From contig CAMBUL010000004.1 in the NCBI GenBank assembly GCA_945871065.1, forward strand, positions 7,847 to 71,846: a stretch of DNA of 64,000 nt. The letters run 5' to 3'. Within the stretch, counting starts at the first letter, position 1. Each line of letters opens with the position of its first letter. Made by a program: the position numbers and the translations under genes. The notes below the pieces were generated by a model. It saw only the letters and a list, made by a program, of their open reading frames with translations. It was not told where the DNA came from and ran no database searches. This document shows positions 11,461 through 20,367 of the stretch, piece by piece. The DNA comes from Chthoniobacter flavus. GTDB lineage: Bacteria; Verrucomicrobiota; Verrucomicrobiia; Chthoniobacterales; JACTMZ01.

Positions 11461-11604
11461 CGGCCCCGCAGATCTGCACCACCTTGGTCGCCACCAGCAG
11501 GGTCATGGGCATGCCGATGGGGAAACGCGCATTATGACCGGCGAAGCAAAGCTGCCTCATTGATTTCTCCAGCATATCCGCCGACATTCCCCCCTTCTGT
11601 CGCT

Positions 11605-12789
11605 ATGCCATTGGTCCGCACCACCCTCATCTTGCTGCTCCTCGCGAACTTCGCCGGCGCGCAAAAACTTACCCCGCTGGCTAGGCCACCCGACTGGTCC
11701 TCGCTCCATCGCTTTCAACAGACCATCACCAAGGACGAATTTGTCCGCCTGCTGACCCAAGTCTACGCGCCGCACGGGGCGTGGCAGGACCATTTCACCC
11801 TTGCCGAAGATCACGCCACCGTGGCGACCGCACCCGGCCAACCACTCTTCCGCCTGGACTTCGCGCCCGATGAGGCGAGCGCCAAACCCGTCCCGCGCTA
11901 TTGGAAGCCCACCCGCAGTCTGCGCGGACTGCGCATCGCCATCGACCCCGGACACCTCGGCGGCGAGTGGGCCCGGATGGAGGAACGGTGGTTCCAAATC
12001 GGAGAGAACAAGCCCGTGATTGAAGGAAACATGGTGCTCGAGGTGGCCGAGTTGCTCCAAAAAGAACTCGAGCGCCGCGGGGCCAAAGTCGTGCTCCTCC
12101 GCACGAGTAGCAAACCCGCAACCAACCTGCGCCCGGAAAAGCTCCGCACCTCCGCCGCCGCTTCCCTCCGCGAGCGTGGTCGGCCGGTCAATCCGGCCAG
12201 TCTCAAGGCCGAAAGCGAACGCCTCTTTTATCGCACCGCGGAAATCCAAGCCCGGGCGCGCCTGGTCAACCAACGATACAAACCGGACCTCGTGCTCGCC
12301 CTCCACTTCAACGCCGAAGCGTGGGGCAACCCGGCCCGCCCCACCCTGACCGGCCTCAATCACCTCCACCTTCTGGTCAGCGGTTGCTATTCCGCGCGCG
12401 AACTCGAATACGACGACCAGCGCTACGACCTGATGGTCAAACTGCTCAACCGCTCTTTCGATCAAGAGGTCGGGGTCTCCCGCGCCGTGGCGCAAGGCAT
12501 GGCCCGCGCCACCGGACTCCCGCCCTACACTTACACGGGCGACACCGCGATCAACGTCGGCGGTTCCCCCTACGTCTGGGCCCGCAATCTTCTGGCCAAC
12601 CGCCTCTTCGAGTGTCCCGTGGTCTACCTCGAGCCCTACGTGATGAACAACCGGGAGGTCCACCACCGCGTCCAACTCGGCGACTACTCCGGCCGCCGCA
12701 AGATCAACGGCACCCTGCGCGAAAACATCTACCGCGAATACGTACGCGGCGTGGCCGACGGCCTCGCGGCCTATCACGGGGAAAATTGA
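11605..12789 (+). CDS. N-acetylmuramoyl-L-alanine amidase family protein (Amidase_3-like), secreted
   Basis: Start at the internal ATG 11605 (MPLVRTTLILLLLANFAGAQ signal). Motifs LRIAIDPGHLGGEW and LVLALHFNAEAWGNP are present. The upstream part of the listed 592-aa ORF is non-genic. Confidence 0.7.
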   Translation: MPLVRTTLILLLLANFAGAQKLTPLARPPDWSSLHRFQQTITKDEFVRLLTQVYAPHGAWQDHFTLAEDHATVATAPGQPLFRLDFAPDEASAKPVPRYWKPTRSLRGLRIAIDPGHLGGEWARMEERWFQIGENKPVIEGNMVLEVAELLQKELERRGAKVVLLRTSSKPATNLRPEKLRTSAAASLRERGRPVNPASLKAESERLFYRTAEIQARARLVNQRYKPDLVLALHFNAEAWGNPARPTLTGLNHLHLLVSGCYSARELEYDDQRYDLMVKLLNRSFDQEVGVSRAVAQGMARATGLPPYTYTGDTAINVGGSPYVWARNLLANRLFECPVVYLEPYVMNNREVHHRVQLGDYSGRRKINGTLRENIYREYVRGVADGLAAYHGEN

Positions 12790-12867
12790 CCGCTGCCGCC
12801 GCCGATTTTACCGATCGAAAAATCCATCCGTGCCATCCGTGATATCCGTGGTTAAAAATTCCGGCTG

Positions 12868-13659
12868 ATGAAAATCCTCGCGGTCGCGAACCAAAAAGGC
12901 GGTGTCGGCAAAACAACGACGTCGGTCAATCTCGCCGCCGGCCTCGCCGCGCGCGGCCGGCGCGTCCTCCTCATCGATCTCGACCCGCAAGGCAATGCCA
13001 CCAGCGCCCTCGCCGCCGGGGTGGAAAACCCGCCCACCCTCTACGGCCCCCTCACCGGCACCTCCGAGATCGGTGCTTGCGTCACCCCGACGCGCCTGCC
13101 GGAACTCTCCCTCATCGCGGCCAACCTCGACCTGGCCGGGCTGGAAATCGAAGTGGCGCGGATGGACGACCACTTGCAGCAACTGCGCCGCGCCCTGCAA
13201 CCCCTGCGCGAAACGGACACCTTCGACTTTGCCATCCTCGATTGCCCGCCCTCGCTTGGCATCCTCATGACCAACGCCCTGGCCGCCGCCGACCAACTCC
13301 TCGTCCCGGTGCAATGCGAATACTATGCGCTGGAAGGCCTCGGCAAACTGATGTTCGTCATGGGGCAGATCCGCGACTCAGGCGCCAACCCCGGCCTCAC
13401 CTTGTCCGGCCTCCTCATGACCATGTTCGACCGCCGTACCAATCTGGCCGAAGCGGTGGTCAAAGATGTGCGCGACCATTTTGAAGAGGTGCTTTATGAC
13501 ACCGTCATCCCCCGCACGGTCCGCCTGAGCGAAGCTCCCAGCTTCGGACGCACCATCTTCGAGCACGACCCCCGCGGCAGCGGGGCCGAAGCCTACGACC
13601 GGCTGGCCGGGGAATTTCTCAAACGCCACGAGGCCAATCTCTCTTTCGTCAATGCCTGA
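12868..13659 (+). CDS. parA: ParA/Soj-family partition ATPase
   Basis: MKILAVANQKGGVGKTTTSVNLAAGLAARGRRVLLIDLDPQGNATS (deviant Walker A), 263 aa. Confidence 0.9.
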   Translation: MKILAVANQKGGVGKTTTSVNLAAGLAARGRRVLLIDLDPQGNATSALAAGVENPPTLYGPLTGTSEIGACVTPTRLPELSLIAANLDLAGLEIEVARMDDHLQQLRRALQPLRETDTFDFAILDCPPSLGILMTNALAAADQLLVPVQCEYYALEGLGKLMFVMGQIRDSGANPGLTLSGLLMTMFDRRTNLAEAVVKDVRDHFEEVLYDTVIPRTVRLSEAPSFGRTIFEHDPRGSGAEAYDRLAGEFLKRHEANLSFVNA

Positions 13660-13686
13660 AACACCAATTCAGCAACCCCCTTTTCC

Positions 13687-14259
13687 ATGAATCAAAACGC
13701 CATCCTCGAACTTTTCCGCCAAACCGGCGCCCTCCTCCACGGCCACTTCGTCCTCCGCTCCGGCCTGCACAGCCGCGAGTTTTTCCAATGCGCCCTCCTC
13801 CTGCGCGATACCAAGGTGGCCGAACGCGTCTGCGGCGCCCTTGCCGACCAGCTCCGCAGCGCCGAGTTTGACACCGTGATCTCCCCGGCCCTGGGCGGCA
13901 TCCTGGTCGGACAAGAGGTCGCACGCCAATTGGGCAAGCCCCACATTTTCAGCGAAAAAAACGACGCTGGCGCCCTCGTCCTCCGCCGCGGCTTCACCAT
14001 CAAGCCCGGCGAACGCTTCGCCGTGATTGAGGACGTGGTCACCCGCGGCGGGCGCCTCATGGAGACCGTGGAGATCGTCCAACAGCACGGCGGCGTGGTG
14101 GTCGCCGCCGCATCTTTGGTCAACCGCTCCGGCGGACAGCTCCCCGCCATGGATTTTCCCTTCCATGGCCTTGTCGAATTGAATCCCGAAACTTTCCCGC
14201 CCGACGCCCTCCCGCCGGATCTCACGGCCATCCCGGTGATCAAACCGGGGAGCAAGTAG
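13687..14259 (+). CDS. pyrE: Orotate phosphoribosyltransferase
   Basis: 190 aa, ...LLHGHFVLRSGLHSREFFQC... and the PRPP-binding loop FAVIEDVVTRGG. Confidence 0.85.
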   Translation: MNQNAILELFRQTGALLHGHFVLRSGLHSREFFQCALLLRDTKVAERVCGALADQLRSAEFDTVISPALGGILVGQEVARQLGKPHIFSEKNDAGALVLRRGFTIKPGERFAVIEDVVTRGGRLMETVEIVQQHGGVVVAAASLVNRSGGQLPAMDFPFHGLVELNPETFPPDALPPDLTAIPVIKPGSK

Positions 14260-14449
14260 AGCCGTTGCCCGCCGCGGCAGGAATCTCCGGTCTCCTTGTG
14301 GCGCAAAAAGAAAACCTTCCGCCCCCTTGCTCCCCCGCCCCGGCCTCGGTTAGAAGAGCAGACGTGAGGATCGTCCCCCCGGATCATCCGGCCGTGCGCC
14401 CGTGCGCCCTGCCGCCCAAATTCCGTATGACCGCACCGTCAGCGCAACC

Positions 14450-15775
14450 ATGAGCATGCGACGCATTGTGGTCATTGGGCGCACCGATGTCGGTCGGCGC
14501 GTCTGCTCGCTGCTCACTTCCTCGGGGATCTCCGTTGTCCATTTGCATGAACCATCCGACGCCGAACTGCGCGCCGAATTGTGCCAAGAGATCGACGGGG
14601 TGGCCGTTCTGCTCCACGACGACATCGAGGCCCTGCGCTACAGCCTGATGATCCATCATATCCGTCCCGATGCGCGTTTGTTCGTGGCCATGTTCGACCT
14701 CACCGCCCGCACCCAGCTGCGCAGCGTCGTCCCGGGATGTGTCGTGCTCTCGCCGGCCGCCATTTCTGTTCCCTCCATGGTCGCCGGGGCCATCGACCCG
14801 CGGGCCGACGCGATCCGCAGGGAGTCGACACCGGAACTCCGCGCGTGGGTTTCGGTCACCGAGACTGCGGGCGGCAGCGCGCGCGTCGCACCTTACCGCA
14901 CCCCCGAGGCCATGCGCCGGCGGGGCGTGTTCGGCCGCCTGGCCGGGCAATTCCGACCGTTCGACTCCGGATCGCGCGTCCTGCTCGGCGGGGCGGCGGG
15001 TTTGATTGCCATCATCCTGGCCGACACCCTTGTCGGTCTGGCCCACGCGAATTTTTTGCGGGCCCTTTATGATGCCACCCGGACGACCGCCACCATCTCG
15101 GCCCCCGTCTTGCCGGACAACCCCCTCGTCCTCCTTTGGGCGACCCTCGCGGCACTTTTGGTCATGGGTTTCACCGCCCTTTTCGCCGCCGGCATCGTCA
15201 ACTACCTGCTCTCCGGGCGCCACGTTGCCATCTTCGGCCGACGGGCCATGCCGCGGTTCGGCCACGTGATCGTGGTCGGCATGGGACAAGTCGGCTTGCG
15301 CTTGGCCCAGGAATTGCAGGAGCTCGGCATTGCCGTGGTCGGCATCGAACAAAACCCAAATGCCCGCACCTTGCAGATCGCCCGCAGTTGCGGCATCCCG
15401 GTCCTCATCGGGGACGGTGCCTCCAAGGCTGCCGTCCATGCCACCGGGGTCAAAGGGGCCGTCGCCCTCGTCGCGGCGAGCAGCGCGGAGCGCGACAATA
15501 TCGCGGTGGCGGTGGGCGCGCTGGCCGCCAATCCGCAACTGCGCGTCGTCATCCGCGCGGGCAGCGATGACGCCATCGATGAAACCCGCTCCCTTTTCCG
15601 CATCGGCGCCGTGGTCGATGTCAACGGCCTCACCGCCTCCTTCGTGGCCGCCTCGCTGGGCGAAAAGCCACCTTATGCGGTCATCGCCACGCCCGCCGGT
15701 AACATGGCCCTCGAAGAATCCGGCGCCGTTATTGAAACCTGGCCGCCGCACCCGCAGCGCTGCTCCTGCGCTTGA
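14450..15775 (+). CDS. RCK(TrkA-N)-2TM pore-like-RCK(TrkA-N) channel homolog
   Basis: Two Rossmann-like TrkA-N segments (RIVVIGRTDVGRRV... and HVIVVGMGQVGLRLAQELQELGIAVVGIEQN) flank two TM helices. A pore-loop-like stretch ALYDATRTTATISAPVLPDNP lies between the helices. Start placed at ATG 14450. Confidence 0.65.
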   Translation: MSMRRIVVIGRTDVGRRVCSLLTSSGISVVHLHEPSDAELRAELCQEIDGVAVLLHDDIEALRYSLMIHHIRPDARLFVAMFDLTARTQLRSVVPGCVVLSPAAISVPSMVAGAIDPRADAIRRESTPELRAWVSVTETAGGSARVAPYRTPEAMRRRGVFGRLAGQFRPFDSGSRVLLGGAAGLIAIILADTLVGLAHANFLRALYDATRTTATISAPVLPDNPLVLLWATLAALLVMGFTALFAAGIVNYLLSGRHVAIFGRRAMPRFGHVIVVGMGQVGLRLAQELQELGIAVVGIEQNPNARTLQIARSCGIPVLIGDGASKAAVHATGVKGAVALVAASSAERDNIAVAVGALAANPQLRVVIRAGSDDAIDETRSLFRIGAVVDVNGLTASFVAASLGEKPPYAVIATPAGNMALEESGAVIETWPPHPQRCSCA

Positions 15776-15860
15776 GCCCTTCCGCATCTTGCCGCGCCCC
15801 TTAAGTCCGGATTACTCCCGGACAACGAAACAGCCGGCGCGCTCAGATGGCGCTGGAGGG

Positions 15861-16070
15861 CTACGGCTTGCTGCGCCGCAGGTAAAACCCCGCCACCAGC
15901 ATGGTCAGACCGACCATCACCACCCCATCATTGCCGAAAAAGTGCGGGGGCAAGGCAAAGATCCGATCCGGAATAAAGTCCACCAGCACGAGACCGAAGG
16001 CGAAAAATCCCAGAACAATGAGGACATTGCCGATCAAGCGGGCATGCTCGCGTGCGTCGAATTCGTCCAT
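15861..16070 (-). CDS. Possible small 2-TM membrane protein (69 aa), divergent from the opsin gene
   Basis: ATG at 16070. MDEFDAREHARLIGNVLIVLGFFAFGLVLVDFIP...VVMVGLTMLVAGFYLRRSKP has two hydrophobic helices. No family recognised, so it could be spurious. Confidence 0.3.
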   Translation of the reverse strand: MDEFDAREHARLIGNVLIVLGFFAFGLVLVDFIPDRIFALPPHFFGNDGVVMVGLTMLVAGFYLRRSKP

Positions 16071-16155
16071 CCCCGAAGAGGGCCATCCCGCGGCCCGAAA
16101 TTCAAACAAAAACAGTTTGCCCCGCGCGGCAAGTCCCAGCACAATGCGATTTGAT

Positions 16156-16938
16156 ATGGAAACCCTCCTCGTCTTAAGTCCAGGTCAATACAGCCTCGTT
16201 TACAACGTGCTGAGTTTGACCATCGCCGCCATGGGTGCCTCAACCGCGTTCTTCTTTTTGTCGCGCGGTTCCGTGCTCCCCAAATACCGTCCGGCCCTCG
16301 TTGTCTCGGGCCTTGTCACCCTCATCGCCTGTTACCACTACGTCCGCATCTTCATGAGTTGGAACGGTGCGTTTGAATTCGGCGACATGGGCTACATTGC
16401 CTCTGGTGAGCCGTTCAACGACGCTTACCGTTATGTCGACTGGTTGCTCACGGTTCCGCTTCTTCTCGTCGAATTGGTGGCCGTCTTGACTTTGTCGAAG
16501 GCCGTCACGCGTTCGATTCTGACTCGTTTGGTCATCGCCGCAGTCCTCATGATCGGCCTTGGCTACCCCGGCGAAATTTCCGCCGACAACAACACCCGCT
16601 GGTTGTGGTGGACACTGAGCATGATCCCTTTCCTCTACATCCTCTTTGTGTTGTGGGTGGAACTGTCCAAGTCCCTGGAGCGTCAGTGCGCTGCCTCGCG
16701 GGGCCTCATCAGCGGAGCACGCGTACTTATCGTCCTGAGCTGGGCTTTCTATCCCATCGCCTTCATGCTGCCGATGCTCGGCTTCGGCGCCGCTGGCTCG
16801 ATCAATGTCGGCCTCCAAGTCGGCTACAGCATTGCTGACATCGTCGCCAAGTGCGGCCTCGGCCTCTACGTCTACTTCATCGCCCGCGCCAAGTCGGTCG
16901 ACGAAGATCCGTCGTATGCCTCGGCCTCGATACACTAA
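16156..16938 (+). CDS. Microbial rhodopsin, xanthorhodopsin-clade light-driven proton pump (DTE motif)
   Basis: 260 aa. Helix C RYVDWLLTVPLLLVEL gives D95/T99/E106. H61 lies in CYHYVRI. Helix G VGYSIADIVAKCG gives D228 and Schiff-base K232. There is block-wise similarity to Salinibacter xanthorhodopsin as I recall it (PGQYSLV, PKYR, FNDAYRYVDWLLTVPLL, LGYPGE, FYPIA, LQVGY.IAD..AK). An alternative start is at 16144. Confidence 0.92.
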   Translation: METLLVLSPGQYSLVYNVLSLTIAAMGASTAFFFLSRGSVLPKYRPALVVSGLVTLIACYHYVRIFMSWNGAFEFGDMGYIASGEPFNDAYRYVDWLLTVPLLLVELVAVLTLSKAVTRSILTRLVIAAVLMIGLGYPGEISADNNTRWLWWTLSMIPFLYILFVLWVELSKSLERQCAASRGLISGARVLIVLSWAFYPIAFMLPMLGFGAAGSINVGLQVGYSIADIVAKCGLGLYVYFIARAKSVDEDPSYASASIH

Positions 16939-16960
16939 AAGCTAGCGCTTAAATTCATCG

Positions 16961-16995
16961 CGGCCGGGGCCCTCAAAGCCCCGGCCGTTTTTTTT
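16961..16995 (+). terminator. Rho-independent terminator after the opsin gene
   Basis: CGGCCGGGGC (16961-16970), loop CCTCAAA, GCCCCGGCCG (16978-16987), then T8 (16988-16995). Confidence 0.8.
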
Positions 16996-17024
16996 CTTAA
17001 GCTTCAAGCCTCTGTCCTCTCCCC

Positions 17025-18026
17025 ATGGCCTTCCCCCGCCCTAACCGAACCCCACGCCGCGACGACCTCGTGCTGGTCGAACAAATCCTCACCGACGCGA
17101 CCCGCGCGCCCGGGCACCTGGGCCAGGCCGCCGCCTACCTGCTCGAACGCCCGGGCAAACGTGTCCGGGCACGCCTCTCGATCGCCCTGGCCGAAAGCCT
17201 CCAAATCCCGCCCGAGCAAGGCATCGCCCTCGCCGCCGCGGTCGAACTCCTGCACAACGCCTCCCTCGTGCTCGACGACGTGCAAGACAATGACGAAATG
17301 CGCCGCGGCCGCGCCAGTATCTGGAGGACCTTCGGACGCAGCCAGGCCATCAACCTCGGCACCTTCCTTATCGCCCAATCCAACGCCCTCGCCGCGCGAC
17401 TGCCCGAGGTTAGCCCGCTCTTCGCCGCCACCTTGCGCGAAGCCACAGCCGGACAATCCGCCGAACTCGACTTCCACACCGCCACTCCCACCCTGCCCGC
17501 TTACGAAAAAATGGCCGAGGCAAAAACCGGTGCCCTCTTTGCCCTGGCCGCCCAATCCGTGGCAACCCTTGCCCGCCTCCCGGACGACCTCGCCGCCACG
17601 ATCGGAAGTTCCTTCGCCCGTCTCGGGGCCGCCTATCAAATTCAGGACGATCTAGCGGACGCTTTCGGCCTCAAGGGTCGCGCCCGGGCCGGACTCGACC
17701 TCCGCGAGGGCAAAGCCAACAGCCTGGTCCTCTTTCATCTGGCCCTCCGCCCCGACGATAGCGCCTCCCTCCTCGCTTTCCTCCGCGATCCGTCGGCCCG
17801 CACCGAGAACCTCCGACTCGACGCCTGGCTCCAGCAACTCTTCGCCTCCGGTGCCGTCGCGGCCACACAGGAGCACCTCCACCGCCTTTGCGATGAAATC
17901 ACCGCCGCCTCGGCCAACCTTCCCGCCCCGTTCGCCCCGCACCTTGCCTCCCTCGCCGCCGGCATCCGCGAACCCGCTATCTTCCAACGTACCGCGAACC
18001 TGGTTACTTTTGGCGACGGTCTATGA
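17025..18026 (+). CDS. crtE: Geranylgeranyl diphosphate synthase (polyprenyl synthetase)
   Basis: First Asp-rich motif LVLDDVQDNDEMRRGR and second motif YQIQDDLAD. It is the first gene of the carotenoid operon. Confidence 0.88.
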   Translation: MAFPRPNRTPRRDDLVLVEQILTDATRAPGHLGQAAAYLLERPGKRVRARLSIALAESLQIPPEQGIALAAAVELLHNASLVLDDVQDNDEMRRGRASIWRTFGRSQAINLGTFLIAQSNALAARLPEVSPLFAATLREATAGQSAELDFHTATPTLPAYEKMAEAKTGALFALAAQSVATLARLPDDLAATIGSSFARLGAAYQIQDDLADAFGLKGRARAGLDLREGKANSLVLFHLALRPDDSASLLAFLRDPSARTENLRLDAWLQQLFASGAVAATQEHLHRLCDEITAASANLPAPFAPHLASLAAGIREPAIFQRTANLVTFGDGL

Positions 18027-19513
18027 CCGTCGCCAACTCCTCCTCCCGCGCTCTCGTCATCGGCTCCGGCTTCGGCGGACTCGCCGCCGCCCTGCGACTC
18101 CGCGCCCTTGGCCAGGAGGTCACGTTGCTCGAACGCCAGCCCGATCACGGCGGCCGGGCCCGCGTCTTCCGCCGCGACGGATTTTTTTATGATGCCGGCC
18201 CCACCGTGCTGACCGCACCTTTCCTCTTCGACGAATTGTTCGCCCTCTTCGGTGAAAAGCGGGCCGACCACATCGAGTTCCTCCCGGTCGCACCGTGGTA
18301 CCGCATGATTGACCACCAGGGCCGGGCCTTCGACTACGGCGGCACGGTCGAAGACACCCTGCGCGAAATCGCCAAATTCAATCCGCTCGACCAAAGCGGC
18401 TACCTCCGGCTCCTCGAAACATCCCGCCGCCTTTATGACACGGGGTTCACCAAACTCTCCGCCGAGCCGTTTAGTTCGCTCACCGACATGATCCGCATCC
18501 TCCCCGACCTCGCCCGCCTTCGCGGCGACCGCACGGTCTACGATCTGGTCTGCCGCCACCTGCGCGATCCGTCCTTGCGCATGTTCTTCAGCATCCAACC
18601 CCTCCTGGTCGGCGGCAACCCCTTCGACACCTCCTGCCTTTACTCCCTCATCCACTACCTCGAACGCCAATGGGGTGTCTGGTTTCCCCGCGGGGGCACC
18701 GGAGCGCTGGTCGAGGCACTCCTCGACCTCGGTCAACGCCACGGAGTGCAGTTCCGCTCCGACGCCACGGTCGAAGAAATCCTCATCCGCCACGGGCGTG
18801 CGGCCGGAGTCCGCCTAGTCGGCGGCGAACAAATCGAAGCCGGTCTCGTCGTGGCCAACGCCGACCCGCCCACCGTCTACCGTCACCTCATCCCCGCCAT
18901 CCATCGCCGCAAGTGGACCGATCGGAAACTCGCCACCCGCAAATACTCCATGGGGCTCTTCGTCCTTTTCTTCGCGACCAACCGCCGCTACGAGGATGTC
19001 GCCCATCACACCATTCTTTTCGGGCCCCGCTACCGCGGACTCCTCGACGACATCTTCAAGCGCGGCATCGTGGCCGACGACTTCAGCCTCTACCTCCATC
19101 GCCCCACCGCCACGGACCCGTCCATGGCACCGGACGGACACGACACCTTCTACGTCCTCTCCCCCGTTCCCAACCTCCAGCATAACATCGACTGGGAGAT
19201 CGAGGGACCCCGCTACGCTCAGCGTATCCTCGACCACTTGCAAAAGACGGTCCTCCCGGACCTCGATCAACACCTCGTCTCCCAGTTCCACATCGCCCCG
19301 CCCTACTTCCGCGACCAACTGCTCACCACCCACGGCACCGGCTTTTCCATCGCCCCTGTTCTCACCCAGTCCGCCTGGTTCCGCTTCCACAACGAGAGCG
19401 AAGATGTCCCCGGCCTCTATTTCGTCGGGGCCGGTACCCACCCCGGAGCCGGCATGCCCGGTGTCTTGAGTTCCGCCAAGGTGGTGGAAAACCTCCTCCG
19501 CCGTGCGGCATGA
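18023..19513 (+). CDS. crtI: Phytoene desaturase
   Basis: N-terminal FAD fold ALVIGSGFGGLAAALRLRALGQEVTLLERQPDHGGRA, 496 aa, C-terminal ...GAGTHPGAGMPGV. Its ATGA start overlaps the crtE stop. Confidence 0.9.
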   Translation: MTVANSSSRALVIGSGFGGLAAALRLRALGQEVTLLERQPDHGGRARVFRRDGFFYDAGPTVLTAPFLFDELFALFGEKRADHIEFLPVAPWYRMIDHQGRAFDYGGTVEDTLREIAKFNPLDQSGYLRLLETSRRLYDTGFTKLSAEPFSSLTDMIRILPDLARLRGDRTVYDLVCRHLRDPSLRMFFSIQPLLVGGNPFDTSCLYSLIHYLERQWGVWFPRGGTGALVEALLDLGQRHGVQFRSDATVEEILIRHGRAAGVRLVGGEQIEAGLVVANADPPTVYRHLIPAIHRRKWTDRKLATRKYSMGLFVLFFATNRRYEDVAHHTILFGPRYRGLLDDIFKRGIVADDFSLYLHRPTATDPSMAPDGHDTFYVLSPVPNLQHNIDWEIEGPRYAQRILDHLQKTVLPDLDQHLVSQFHIAPPYFRDQLLTTHGTGFSIAPVLTQSAWFRFHNESEDVPGLYFVGAGTHPGAGMPGVLSSAKVVENLLRRAA

Positions 19514-20367
19514 GCACCCCGGAAGAACTCCTCGCGCGGGCCGGAAAAAGCTTCCACCTCGCCGGTAAATTTCTCCCGCCCGAATGCCGCGCCGCCGCGA
19601 CCCGGCTTTACGCTTTCTGCCGCGGCCTCGACGACCTTGCCGACGAAACAGGTGACGCCGCCCAAATCGAAACCGTGGCCAAGGCTCTCGAAATCAACGA
19701 CCGCTCCCACCCTCTAGCCGCCCTCTATCTCACCCTCGAAAGCTCCGATCCTGCTCCGGCTGTCGCCCTCGCCCGCGCCTTGCGCGACGACACCGGCCCG
19801 ACCCTCATCCCGGACGAACGCGCCCTCCTCCGCTACTGTCACGGGGTGGCCGGAACGGTCGGTCTGATTATGGCCGGCGTCCTCGGCACCGCCGGACCCG
19901 CCGCCGCATGGCATGCCATCGACCTTGGCATCGCCATGCAACTGACCAACATCGCCCGTGACACGCGCGAGGACGCCGACCGCAACCGGCGGTACCTCCC
20001 GGCCACCTGGGTGGACCTCGCTCCGGCCGCGATCCGCCGAGCACCGCACGATGTTCACCAGGCCGTACGGCGTTGTCTCTCGCTCGCCGATCTCTATTAC
20101 GCCAGCGGCCTCGCCGGCTTGGCTTACCTCCCACCCAGATCGCGCCGCGGCATCCTCATCGCGGCAAAAGTCTACCGGGAAATCGGCGGGGAACTCCGCC
20201 GCCAAGGGCCCGCGCGCAAGGCCGACCGCGTCGCCGTCCCGGCATGGCGCAAAGCCAGCTTGGTCGCGGGGACTTTCCTCGCCACCGCGCCATGGACCGC
20301 GCCCGTGCCGCCGCATGACCCCACGCTGCATAGCCAGTTGGACGGACTTGTGGGGGCGCACTTATGA
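19510..20367 (+). CDS. crtB: Phytoene synthase
   Basis: YAFCRGLDDLADE and NIARDTREDADRNRRYLP motifs (squalene/phytoene synthase family). There is a 4-nt overlap with crtI. Confidence 0.9.
   Translation: MSTPEELLARAGKSFHLAGKFLPPECRAAATRLYAFCRGLDDLADETGDAAQIETVAKALEINDRSHPLAALYLTLESSDPAPAVALARALRDDTGPTLIPDERALLRYCHGVAGTVGLIMAGVLGTAGPAAAWHAIDLGIAMQLTNIARDTREDADRNRRYLPATWVDLAPAAIRRAPHDVHQAVRRCLSLADLYYASGLAGLAYLPPRSRRGILIAAKVYREIGGELRRQGPARKADRVAVPAWRKASLVAGTFLATAPWTAPVPPHDPTLHSQLDGLVGAHL

Noticed and set aside
11557-12777. 406-aa minus-strand ORF
   Set aside because: It is antisense to the amidase gene, which has clear Amidase_3 motifs and a signal peptide. Its composition is typical of a shadow frame.
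14384-15787. 467-aa minus-strand ORF
   Set aside because: It is antisense to the RCK-pore-RCK gene, and its translation is Gly/Arg/Asp-rich low complexity.
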